This document shows, piece after piece, positions 51,560 to 64,000 of a stretch of DNA of 64,000 bases. The position numbers were made by a program, and so were the translations under genes. Position 1 is the first letter of the stretch; every line of letters starts with the position of its first letter. The stretch comes from Nymphaea colorata (Eukaryota), in assembly GCF_008831285.2 (NCBI RefSeq), contig NC_045138.2, forward strand, positions 5,766,001 to 5,830,000. The letters are read 5' to 3'. The notes under the pieces were generated by a model. That model did no database searches. It worked only from the letters and a program-made list of their open reading frames with translations, and was not told the origin of the DNA.

Positions 51560-52200
51560 ACTTCTATGCAAACTTAATATATAGCCTTTTTATTGGACCA
51601 AACCCAACCTCAAAGACCAAACACTACCAGTCAAGCAAGTATGATAGGCACATGGCAGACTTTGAAGGCCACCAGAAGCCTAAAATTCCAAAACAAAGGT
51701 TTCATAATTCCTCACTTTGAATGCTCCAAAGAACTTGAACCTTTAACCAAAATAGTTTTCCTGTTCTCAGTTTTAACTACCAAACTCCAAGAAGTTCAAC
51801 ATCTGTTAGCTTGCAACGCCCTTCAACTTCTTCTCATTTTGTTACTTTTCGAAGTCCCCAATAAAGAAAGTCTGAAAGAGCCCTTTCTCCACAGTCTGAA
51901 AGTTCCTATTGACATCATAAGGTTGAACATCTGGAACAATGACAACCAGCAGAACTCCCAGCAAGCAAAGCATAAGATTGATGTCTCCATCAAAATCAAA
52001 TTATGGTTATCACACTAAATGAAGTGCATGGGAACTAACCTTTTCATCACAAGATGAAGCTTCATGGTAGTTTCCAATCACAATAAGGATCCATGGCCCA
52101 CTTGAAAGAAGTTTATAGAACAGTGTCTTTCTTCAAACAGGAGGGCTGCCTGGTAAGCCCAAGTCAACCCACTTCCCCAACTTTAATGGTGATCTTAGGT
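51560..52200 (-). mobile_element. Degenerate LINE (L1-like) ORF2 endonuclease-region remnant
   Basis: The - strand reads LLSSGPWILIVIGNYHEASSCDEKV, resembling the LINE APE motif PWLVIGDFNE..EK, preceded by a frameshifted W.T..YGSP-like motif. Confidence 0.4.
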
Positions 52201-52826
52201 CTTGTATGCTCTTTTCTATCATATGACTCATACTGAACATGAAAGCAGTGTGGAATCAAATCTTCAAAAGAGAGGAAAGCTATCTCATCTTGTGTTGACA
52301 AGTGGGGTAGAGAGAGAGAGAGAGAGAGAGTAATCCAACCAAATTAACTGAAATTTATGGTAATTTGCTTATTTTTTTGGCAAAAATAGCAATATAGTTG
52401 TGGTCATATACACTTGTGTTCTGGTTTATCTTTCATATATATATTGGTTCCCATGGAAGTTTGAAAATCAACAGCCAAGAGATTCCATGAATAGTTTAGA
52501 TAAAGGTCTTCTTTCAATAAAATTCACAGAGCAAGTTCCTATTCTTAACAAATTGACCATAACGAACTGACTATCTCAGGTTTGCAAAGAAAAGTTAAAA
52601 AGTTTTACAAATATCAGTTCATAAATATGTTTTATTGGCATATTTGTGATCTCCGACTCTCTCTACCAAATGATGGATAGTGCATGCGATCAGAATGGAT
52701 GGTGTGTAGCAACCACGTCCACACTTAATTTGAGTTTTAGAAGGTGTTATCTTGATGGTATCGATTAATGTTAATCTTGGAATTATAGGTGCTATTGTGG
52801 AGGTCAAGTAGATCACTTCTTGTTCA

Positions 52827-52944
<118 letters not shown>

Positions 52945-54094
52945 CGAACGTTGTTAGCCTTATGGGCTGGAGAGAAATAGTCAGGAAATCCTCATGTTCC
53001 AAGATTGTGTGCTGAATGACGTTCATTTCAATAAAGCAGATCAAGCTCTACTTTTTGACTCTGCTTTTTATTGTCCCAACTTATTGTTGACCCCTGAATG
53101 TGGTAGTGCCCTTTCCATGGGTGGAGGCATGAGCACTGGCAACTTGACACTTGGTAGCCCCCACACCGGTTCGGGGCGTCTTGCTGGCACGTGCCATCTG
53201 TGTACAGCGTGCATCGAGGTAGGTGACACTTGGACAGGCTCATTTGGCAGGTGCAAGTCATTTCCACCCTCCGTGTTCCGTCACACAAAAATATCTTGGG
53301 TGTCACCTTTGTTGCACTATGAGCCGCATGGTAAAACTTTTATTGACATTTTTTCGCTCAAGCCATGCCAGTAAACCTTTCATTTATTTTTTTTATTCAT
53401 TACTGATGTAGGCAATACGTCACACTTGGAACACTACTAAATATAAATAAAAATTACTATTTAAGATTTTCAAAAACTTTAATTTCATCCCCATAAAAAA
53501 ATTCTAAATATTATACAGTATCCCCTCAAAAATAGAAATCTTGGCTCCACCCTTGCCTATGGTTGATGCATATATTGTAGGTCTATATATATATATATAT
53601 ATATATATGTCCGTGTTTTCTACTTTGGCCACCTATGAACTCCTAGGGAGACAAGGTTGATTGGGTTGCTCACCTTTGGATGAAAAGCAGACCTCAGATC
53701 TTGTGGACCAATGGACCAGATTGATTACACTCATTGGAAAGGAAGATTCACCCTAAGGATCCCATAGGCATTAATCACATCATAAAAGATGTGTGGCATG
53801 TTAAGGCCACAGTTAAAAAGTGTTCCCCCACTTTAAGCAGCCACATATAGTTTGGAAAGGAAACTGGAACTGTGTCTTTCTTTATAAAAAGAAACATCCT
53901 TTAGTGGACTCTTTTCCGCACCTTTATCGCCGGTGACCGCCCGCCTGGCGGCACGCCGCCTGCCACATTGGCAGCTCTAGAGGGTTCATTCTTTTGAACT
54001 GGTGGATCAGATTGCTCGTAGAATGACTAGGAAAGGAGGAAACTTTGGGAGCTTTAACGCCGTATCAATGCATACCACATTTATTATTATCTTT

Positions 54095-54243
54095 TGGACT
54101 GTTTGGCAATGGAAACAATTTATTATTGTTCTATGAATATGTCCCAAAAGAATGAAATGCACTTGATAACATTGTTTTATAGCATTCTATGAATCTCTCT
54201 CAATATAAAACGATAACAAATTGTTACTGTTGCCAAACGACCT
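54095..54243. mobile_element. Tourist-like MITE
   Basis: GGACTGTTTGGCAATGGAAACAATTT / AAATTGTTACTGTTGCCAAACGACC inverted ends. Confidence 0.6.
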
Positions 54244-54968
54244 CTTTCTGTTCTTATTTGGTCTTATCTTACCCTATCATATTGAATTATTAACTTGAAT
54301 TAACAGAAATATTCAGGCATGCAATCAATCTACGGAAATGAACTTCATGTGCTCTCTACATATACAAGTAGATCTCTATGGTCTTAGAAGTAGATATCAA
54401 TTGCATATCAGATATTTTTGTTTATGTTAATTCCCTATCTAAGCCGTTCTTGTGACAAAGGCACATCACATCATCACCCCACATTGTGGAGCCTTATCCC
54501 AACTGCAGAAGGTCAGCTTTGTGAGGCTTAATTCCCCTTCTTTTTTGATTTAAAGCTGTGATTCAGGTACTTTAGAAATCTTTTAGGCCACTGTTTTTTA
54601 TGATAAGATCATGGAAAATCTATAATCTTTGGAGTCTTGCAAGGGAATTTAGCATCCAATGAACTGCCATTACAGTAGGCTCTGGAAACCAGCGGTGCTG
54701 CAAACAACTGGTAATTGCACACATGTTACTTCATAATGGAATGGTTCTCAATCTTGAATTGGCTTCACATTTGTGAACATGTGTGTTTTTGTGGAGAGAT
54801 TGATATAGGTAAGCGACAGACCTAAGCTCATCAATGATTATCTTGGCCTTTATTTATTTATTTATTCTATTGTTAAAGGGATAATGGAAGAGATAGATGA
54901 GATCATTCATGATGCCATGTATCTAGCTTTTAAGGGTGACACCTATTTGTGTGTGTGTGTTTCTCTCT

Positions 54969-55034
<66 letters not shown>

Positions 55035-58000
55035 AACATAGATTTCTCGAGCATCTCATACATGCAATACATGCATATACAGTAGTTCTTGTTTTTTAAA
55101 ATCACCTAACCATCTAAGTAGGGCAATCCGATTCATTGGATGGTTAAAAGAAAAATATAGAGAAAAAAGACTATATGTATTTTTGTTGCCTATAAATAGT
55201 TCATAACTTTTTTTCATTGGTTTCTCTCAACCATTTATTTTGTTTTACATTGATCGTTAGAATAATCATTCACTCATTATGTATATATATATATATATAC
55301 CAAAGGGAAAAAAATTTTTTTTTGCTGTATATAAAAAAACTAAAGGAGAAGTTTTTTTTTGGGGAGGAGATAGACGAAAGAATTGGCCAGTTTCGTCATT
55401 CGTGGCAGGCAACAGCATTGATTGAAATATAATTAAAATAAACAAAGCCGCTCATTGCAAAAGTGAAAAAGCGTGGGGACTGATTATCTATTTTAATTAA
55501 TTTTCCTATGCACGAGTCGGCAACAATGACATGGACTAGGCGTATCACGTATGACTCCAACAGGAACAACATTAACGGAAATCCTCGTTCAAGCGCCAAA
55601 ATTTATCAGAATTTCAAACACCCGACTCCTCTTTTTCTGTTTTCTGGTAGGCGGCTTCAATTTCGTTGATCACAGTTTGCTATCACCATCCCTTTTAAGT
55701 TGAAAACTGATTTTTTAACAAACTTGACCGATTTTTAAGCTAGTGAAAAACTAGGCCATTATTCGACAGTTAATAGCAAGCCAGGCTCATATAGGGGAAA
55801 AAATTCATAAATCAAGACTCAATGTTAAAATTGCATTAAAAGTAGGCCCGGGAATGAAATTTCTACTAACAAATGATTGGGCAAGTTGGCCAGACGTGAG
55901 ACCCACCTCCTCAGGCGTCAGAGTTGACTGCGCACCGCCCAAAGAGGGAAGAAACAAAAAGGGAATTGGTTGGTTCCCATCAAAAGGCAAAGTTCCTGTG
56001 TCGACTAAATCATTGAGCAAATTTTAAATAAGAAAAATGTTTGAACAATTTTTTTTTAAAAAATTATTTGCTTATTTTGGCTAGATTTGAATTTCAAATC
56101 TCAAATCAGAGCATGAAAAATGCACATAGGGGCCATTGATCACTCCATATTTGAAATCCATGTATATGATATAATGCTCTTTTACCAATATGGCAAAAGA
56201 TTTATGGTAAAATCTATTATTTACAAAACTAACAATCTTATGTCAGACCTAACCACACTTAAGATTCTTTAAGTTTTTTTTTTCTTACATTAAGAAAAGG
56301 TTGAATTTAAGATCGGAGGGGGAGAATCTGATCTTAAATCCATATTTTTTTAAAGCTTGAGCAACAACTTTAAGTAGACTACAATGAGAGCCGAGAGTTT
56401 ACCTATCAAATAAGAGAGTAAGGTCTGTCCTTCCAAGCTCGGCTTTCCGTCGCTAAAACGAGGAAAGCGTGGTTTCTGCACCATAAAATCTATGCATAAG
56501 AACACAATTTATTCAACCTAAGCATAATTAATTTTCAGCAACTACCAATTGATCCTCAATAGATGCTCTCTGCCTTTTATGTACCACACAAACCTCACTA
56601 TATATATTCATTCTTCGTTGATGGAACAGTTTGTTCTTTAAAAGGTCATTTGGTAGGAAGAATACTTAGGCAGTGTCCAATGAAACTGCCCAAAACATTT
56701 CTTACACTTCTCAAGTGTCATTGCTATCAAACTACTCATAACTAGTTCAAAATAATCTCTCTCTCTCTCTCTCTACATTAATTTTTTGTTGTAATAGGAA
56801 ATGTCCAAAATGAATTATTGGTAGGAGTTCAAACTTCAAAGACAAATCTGGGCAAGGTCATATTCAAGTCTAAAGCAATAATTTTGTCTGGTGGACTTTC
56901 TTTGAAATGGGAACTCGCATTTATTGAGTGTACACATTTGGGACTATGTTAGTCACAAATAGCTGCACATTCCCAAAATTTGTTTGAATTTTTCATGATT
57001 CTATTAACATGAAATAATAACTTCGCTGGTTTAAATCACACCTTAATGCAAATGACATATATGTGTGCATGTATAAGTCTATGTAAACTAATTATGAGTT
57101 ATCAAAATAAGATAATGATAATTTACAAGGTACATGTCGATGTTGCTTTTGGAATCAAAGTATAATTTATGATCATTTACTTGAAATAATTTTATACACA
57201 ACATCTAGCTGTAAAGCATGCATCAAGCAAGTTTTGAATGACTCATGGTCAGTCTACATAATTCTTGTATTACTTAATCTATATATTATATAATGACTTT
57301 TTTTTTTTGTTGAACTTTTTCAAAAATAAAAAAAAACTAACATTTTACTGACGATTCTCTGGAGAACATTTTGTGTCGGGGATTTGGATCTGCCACTTAG
57401 GAATCCTATGCAGGAACTTACAATTAGAATTGTTCATATGTAAGTTGATGATGATTATCTCATATAAAAATATAACGAGGATTACTCCTCAGAGCCTGAA
57501 AATTAATTTTGGTTTGTGATAATATTTCTTCTTCTGTTGAAGCATTTGAAACAACGACTTGTGCGTGTATAAAAAGATCAAAATCAAATAAAGATCTAAA
57601 ACCGATGCTTTGTATTCATAGATAATATATTTAATTAATTACTTTGCATCTCGACCGCTTAAAATTGAGGCCAATTATATGATATCACTTGATGGTAGAA
57701 CTAAATGGCCTCAATGGCTAGAGAATGAATTAAGTTATGGGAATACACTGAACTCTAGCAATATAAGGAGAAGATAAAGATAAAAGACTTTGAGTAAGAA
57801 ATTAAATATGCAACAAAAAGGAACCGGATTCCCTCATCCCCCATCGTTATCCTCATATAGACAAATGTTGTGGTGTCGTAACAACTCAGTGTACATCAAG
57901 TCAGATGATGAAATTATATGTGAATAATATGGGCCGTTTAGCAAATATTAGCATTTTTTTTCATGAAATTAATCTCCATATTTTATTTTCAATGTATAAA

Positions 58001-61000
58001 ATGAAATTTTTAAAATTTGAATTCAAAATATATGCAAAAACAAACCAGCCCTTCCTTTTTCTTGTAGAAAGATTAATTATTTTAAAATTTACTAAAATTT
58101 CCCGCCTTTTTCCCATAAAAAAAGAACTTCGTCATTTTATACATGTACAAAACCTTGCTATTTAAAATCCGAAATTGATATTTGTGGCTATGGTCGGGAC
58201 CCATGTCATTTAAAGTAACAACTACAATCTACCAGCCACTAGCCCGAGCCAGTGGGCCGAGGTACGATCAAATTGAACAAATAGAAAGGGGGTGAACTTT
58301 CTAGTGTAAGACTGAGGATGACCATAGGGATGGTGTTATAAGACCCTGAAGGTACATCAAGTTCAAGTTGTTGCAAGTCTTGAGACAAGTCCATGCTTAT
58401 CATCTTTTTTATAACAGTTTTAATGGCTGGAAAGCACAATATCTTTCTTTCTTTCTTTCTTTCTTGTTAGATATATGCGCAAACACCGGTTAGATAGTCC
58501 CAAGAAAGTTTACACAACATTTAGAACAAAGGCTGGTTTGCGGCCAAATTTCATTTTGAATCTCCGGGTGTCAACTCTTTGTGTCGCAACAGAGAGGCCA
58601 CTGACATGCAAGTTAAAAGGTGGTGGAGGAGGCACACTGGGACACTAAAAACAAGCCCTATACCCTGAAAGTACGAGAGGTTGAGTAGTAGGATGAAATA
58701 CTCTTCTTACTTGCCCATAACTCGGGTTGGGTAGACAACTGTCAGATTATGCCCACAGAGACGAACTGCAAGCGTTGAACCAAAAATTCATGTTGACGAC
58801 CACCTAAGTTTGTTAAAGCGCTAAATCCTACATGCTTTGCATAATCTAATCTCAAATGGCTTAATTTTTAATCTAATGTCATAAGAAACTCGGTACTTTC
58901 AATTAGAGTAGTGTGGCTGTTCACATACATAATTGCATGGTGACAAACTAGGAGCAAAGAATGTCAACTTGACAGAAGAATAATGAACACACTGTTGGCC
59001 TTGATGTGTCCTTATATGGCTAAGTCCTGCCATGTTCTAATCTATCCAGTAAAGCCTTGGGTCACCTTCATAAAAAGTATACTCTAAGGTATAATTTTAG
59101 CCATTTCATGCAAGAACACTCTTGCAAGCAAGAAACAAAAGATGCTCTAGACATATTTATCCAACTTGAATTCTAAACTTAACCCTATCTTTAGATGCTA
59201 GCTTTTTTTTTTGGTATTTTCTTGAAAAATATTGTTTTTTCTCAATTGGGTTGTCTTCTAGTTGCATTATTGATAATATTTTTACAATTATTTATCAATA
59301 TTTTGGACAAAAAGAGGGTTCAAATTAGTCAAACATCTATTGTATGCTAGATGTTTTGTTTTTGACTTGTTGCCGACTAATTCCTTGCTGTGGCTGACAG
59401 CAACCGCCCATAAGCTTCAGGCCAAGAAAGAAAACATTGGGGAGTGACCGTTATGGTACTTGACTTTTTTGATGCCAATATTAGCCCTAGCTAAAAGGAT
59501 AAATTTCCTATTTATCATTATTAGGAGAAATTTTTTATTGAAGAAACCAATTTTTGGTCATAATCCCTAAGACATGCTTTATGTTCTTAAATATTCCTTA
59601 GAGCTTTTTGTTATGCCATCCATATGGCCCCATTTGTTTGATTTTCTAGAACTTTTGCTTACGTTCTTTTAGTACCATGTTTAGTTGTGCATGGAATTTA
59701 AATACCATCTATTCCTAACAATAGGTCAGCGGAAGTAAATTAAAAAAAGATGTTGAGATTTTCAAGGTAAGAAAAGGCCAAAAACAAAGTTCCACCTATC
59801 TATATTGTTGGAACTTTACTGCTGAGGATAAAGTTCCACATATCAAGAGAAAGTCCCTGGTGTTTTAGCTCTTTGTTTGTTTTATGACAATCTTTCTATC
59901 AAATTTGAACTTTTGTTCCACCTCTAGAATAAAGTTCCAGCTAATCAAACGGGTTATAGTGAAATAACCACAATCAAATGTTAAACCAATATAGGAAATA
60001 TATTTATGAAAAAGATATTCTACACTTTGTGAATTTTTAAATAACTAATATACATTACATAGAAACCCATCGCTTTCTATTAAATTGCTTAATAGGACTC
60101 CTCCCCACATCAACTTTAAAAAAGCTGCAAAAAGCTCCTGCCGTTGTGAGGCCCAATCTAATTAAAAGAAAAAAAAAAAAACGCCTGCCCAGTGGCCAGC
60201 TTCCACTCTCATGAACCCACAACAGACCTGTATAATATTTTTGCTTAAATAATATTATCATCAGACTATGTATCCTTTAAACCTGCGTTACTAATAGAAC
60301 CACGTGTAGCATTCATGATAATGATAAGAAAAAAGATATTGAGATGATGAATACCTAAAAGGGGAATCGTCTTCATAGATACTCGGATGAATTTTAGCTT
60401 TCCCATGGTCTTCGGGAACAGAAGGAACAAAGTTACTTTAACTTTGTGATCACTTATCTCGCGCACAGTGATGACGTGATTTTTTATCCCCGTTTTAGAA
60501 AAGTGTAGTGCACTCTCATTCGCTGGTGTTGGCCTTCTTTTATAGGGGAAACTACTGAGAATGAACGGTGTAGCTTAGTGGAATAAAGCTCGGCTATACA
60601 TGATTCAAACCGTCTTCTTTGACTCGCTTCATGAACCACTAATTTGCTTTGCTGTTGTTAATTAATTTTCACGTCCACACACACACACATTATATATATA
60701 TATATATATATATAATGTGTAAATGATGATTTTAGCTATCCAAACTCACCCAACCATCTCATTGGAGCCGTTTATTTGAGGGGCATCGATATGTAAATGA
60801 GCAAAATAAATATGAGGTATCAATATATAAATAAGTAATTTGTATGTCATTATGGACAATTGGGCCCACATGGGTTCACACTACCTCTGCCAGGGGCCGG
60901 ACCAAATCTGCGATCTAAGTTAACCAAGAGGTGCCCTTGCAGTCGACAACCAGAGCTGAGACAATCCATGTTTGTTAATTTCGTTGGGATTCTTTGCAGG

Positions 61001-62038
61001 TTTTAAGAGTTGTTTGGTTGGAGAGATATTTTGTAAGTGACTCATAAATTTGCTTCAAAGGTTGAAGCATATTCATAAAACACTAAAATAATATTTCAGG
61101 CATATTTAAGGGAATGCACAACGTTTTCCGACCCAGTAGATAGCTAACAGGGTGGTATTTGAATAAGTAAGATGTAGTAAGGTGCAAAAGCAAAATAATT
61201 CAAAATTTGGTGTTGAAATGTGACGGCTTTTATTAAGTATTGAACACCTAAATATTGAAGGAGAATTGTGTAATTATCTTTGAGAGAGGGGTAGAGAGAG
61301 AGAGTTCCACTAGGCAAGTAGGGAAGATTCTTAATATCTTGACCTTTGTTAGGAAAGGTGGGTACGGGAGGAACCCTATGCTCTTCCAAACAAGGATGGA
61401 CCAAAGGCTACACACATGTGAATTCGACATCTAACACGTGTAAACAATTTCTTCCGACAAAAACTTTTCATGCAAACTTAAAAAAATATTAAATTATTAA
61501 GTTAATAATTATTATTTTATTTCTTTTATTGATTAATTAACTTGGTCATTGAAAAATGAAGACAGAACAAAGACTAGGTTGTCATATCAGGTCTGTTGTT
61601 ATTTGTAGGGCAATGTGGGCTCAGCTCCATGCATATAAGGACCACAGAAACCTAAGCAAGAAGGAACAAAAATACAAAATACTATATGAAAGGTAAACGA
61701 TCGATGTGCGTTCCTTGCCAAGGATTAAGTAAATGTAAGAAGTATGCGGAGTAATAAACCTACATATTCCATAAACTTTACTTTTAAGTTCAGGCAAATA
61801 CTTGATTTGATTATGAAACATTCGATCAAGTTGATTGAAAGTTCATATATAAAATAATTTTCTTAAAAAAAATATGGCGAGTAGAATTTTGATTCTTAGA
61901 AATAACCCTATACATGTTATCTTGTGAACTAACAATCAAGTTTATTAAATGAGCCATAATCGATACCCACAGTCCTCACTTGAGCTTATCCTTATTTCAT
62001 GATTGTATGCATAATGAAGTAGCAATTATGTGCACGTA

Positions 62039-62124
<86 letters not shown>

Positions 62125-62683
62125 AGAGAGAGAGAGAAAGTACATATTTGTCAACCCACCTTTTCTCAAAGCTACCAAATTTGCATAAATAAATGATTCT
62201 GTTCATTCTGAATCAGTATATGTGAGATTACCTACACTTTTTTGCAATTTGTACGTGTTTTGTTTACTCGATGGTAGAAAATTCAAACACTTTTAATTAA
62301 CATAGCAGGATATAATTGCAAAATAAGTATCAAAAAATATATCAGCATCATTATGCTGGAGGAAGAACACTAAATTTTGCTTATGAGTTAGAAACCGCAT
62401 TTCATCTAGAACAACAAATGCACAGCAAATCTTCACGCTGTTTTTTTGCTGAGTGCTAGTAAATCTAGTCCCTGTAGATCGAGATTATGTGAAAAGGAAA
62501 TTGGTTTCTTGGTTTTGTTGAATTTCTCTAATGTGGTGAAGAATGCACCAGATAGCAAACAGATGGTCGGCCTTTGTCCTTCTCTCCTGGTTGGGTTGGG
62601 TTGAACATATTATCATTATGTTTTTAGAGAGAGAAAGTTGATGAGAGAGGTCCGCGTTGACATGGCATGGCGTCTGTCGACGA

Positions 62684-62729
62684 GGCCCCACAGTCTTTTC
62701 TCTCTCCTTCCCAGCTTCACCATATATAC
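62684..62729 (+). promoter_or_regulatory. Possible core promoter of the AAP gene (TCP-type GGNCCCAC site plus TATA-like TATATA)
   Basis: GGCCCCAC at ~62684 and CATATATACC at ~62721, about 300 bp upstream of the ATG; motif match only. Confidence 0.25.
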
Positions 62730-63025
62730 CCGCGTTCCTCGACCCATTTGCTTCAGAGTTTCCATCGTCTTGGTCCCTAGCTTTCTTCACGATATCACTC
62801 CTGAAGACAGCCAGGAGCCAGAGCGACCTGTTTCTCTGTTTGTGGCTACTGGTTCCTTTTTGGGAGCTGCCACCTTAGTTCTGTCAGCTGAATAGGCACA
62901 GAAACTCTCTTAATTCACAGAATCCCAGTTAGTGCCACAGTAACAGAGAGGCCGTACTCCTTCATCTCCTTGCTTCCGCCATTAATTCTGTGGGTTTCTT
63001 GGTGGTGCCACCAATTTGGGAGGAA

Positions 63026-63523
63026 ATGGGAGAGGGCAAGGGTGCGCCGAAGCAGTGCTTCGCCATTGATGTGGCTCAGCAGGACCCTTCCAAATTCTTC
63101 GATGACGATGGACGTCCCAAGAGGACAGGTGAGATAGAGAGCAACAGGGAAAAAAATTTGAGTTAGAATTGCTCTTGATAATGGAAGGGGCTGTGTCTCT
63201 AATATGGAGTCTTCTTGTTTTCTTCTTCTGTTCTGCGTTTTGCCAGGAAACATGTGGACTGCCAGCGCTCACATCATCACGGCCGTGATTGGGTCTGGAG
63301 TTCTGTCTCTGGCTTGGGCCATTGCCCAACTGGGATGGATAGCAGGCCCTGCTGTAATGATCCTCTTCGCCTTTGTTATCTACTATACTTCCACGCTTCT
63401 TTCAGACTGTTACAGGTCTGGAGACCCTGTTAATGGCAAGAGAAATTACACCTACACGGATGCTGTTAAGGCCAACTTAGGTATGTAGCATTTTTCTGCT
63501 GCAGCTCTGAAACTCAGAGAGCG

Positions 63524-63556
<33 letters not shown>

Positions 63557-64000
63557 TCTCAGTTTATGGCCAATATGATCAGAAACTGAACAGGTACTTC
63601 CATTAAATCTTGTAGGTGGTGTTCATGTTCAGATTTGTGGGTGGATTCAATACTTGAACCTTTTTGGTGTAGCAATTGGTTACACAATTGCTGCCTCCAT
63701 TAGCATGATGTAAGTTGCTCTGTCTTCCCCTTCTGAAGCTTTTTTTCTTCTTGGTGTCTCCAGTCATGAGATGAACCCATTGTTTCTTATATTCTGAGTG
63801 TCCTTTTTGTCTCATGCAGGGCAATCAAGAGGTCCAATTGCTTCCATAAGAGTGGAGGGAAGAACCCGTGCCACACATCCAGCAACCCCTACATGATAAT
63901 CTTTGGTATATCAGAGATAATACTGTCCCAAATTCCAGACTTTGATCAGATCTGGTGGCTCTCCACTGTTGCAGCAGTCATGTCATTCACGTACTCCACA
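63026..64000 (+). CDS. Amino acid permease (AAP family, AAP2/3/4/5-like); runs off the 3' end of the window
   Basis: Exons 63026-63128, 63247-63480, 63616-63709, 63820-64000+ in frame. Motifs 'FDDDGRPKRTG', 'WTASAHIITAVIGSGVLSLAWAIAQLGW', 'AIKRSNCFH', 'LSQIPDFDQIWWLS'. Confidence 0.95.

Noticed and set aside
60565..60615. tRNA gene candidate (GGTGTAGCTTAGTGG)
   Set aside because: Too short; lacks proper anticodon and T arms.

Overview
Angiosperm nuclear DNA: AT-rich, intron-rich, and dense in microsatellites and MITEs. Three host genes are on the + strand: the 3' part of an auxilin-related J-domain gene (1681-7006), a complete 9-exon SWI/SNF subunit SWI3C gene (14740-29930) and the 5' part of an amino acid permease (63026 to window end). 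The ~33 kb between SWI3C and the permease has no recognisable host gene. It holds a young but defective Ty1/copia LTR retrotransposon (35382-42439, - strand, AAAAG TSD) nested in a (TA)n-inserted MITE. That element has two striking features. (1) A putative intron starts 4 nt into gag and is filled with four evenly spaced, G-U-rich, sense-strand hairpins, all capped by C(CAAA)G; the first hairpin buries both the AUG and the splice donor. (2) A multi-junction inverted duplication places a ~295-bp integrase hairpin just downstream of the 5' LTR. Several hAT-type and Tourist-type MITEs with TSDs, a decayed intronic copia, LINE remnants and intronic tandem repeats are also present. All alignments and folds were done by eye.
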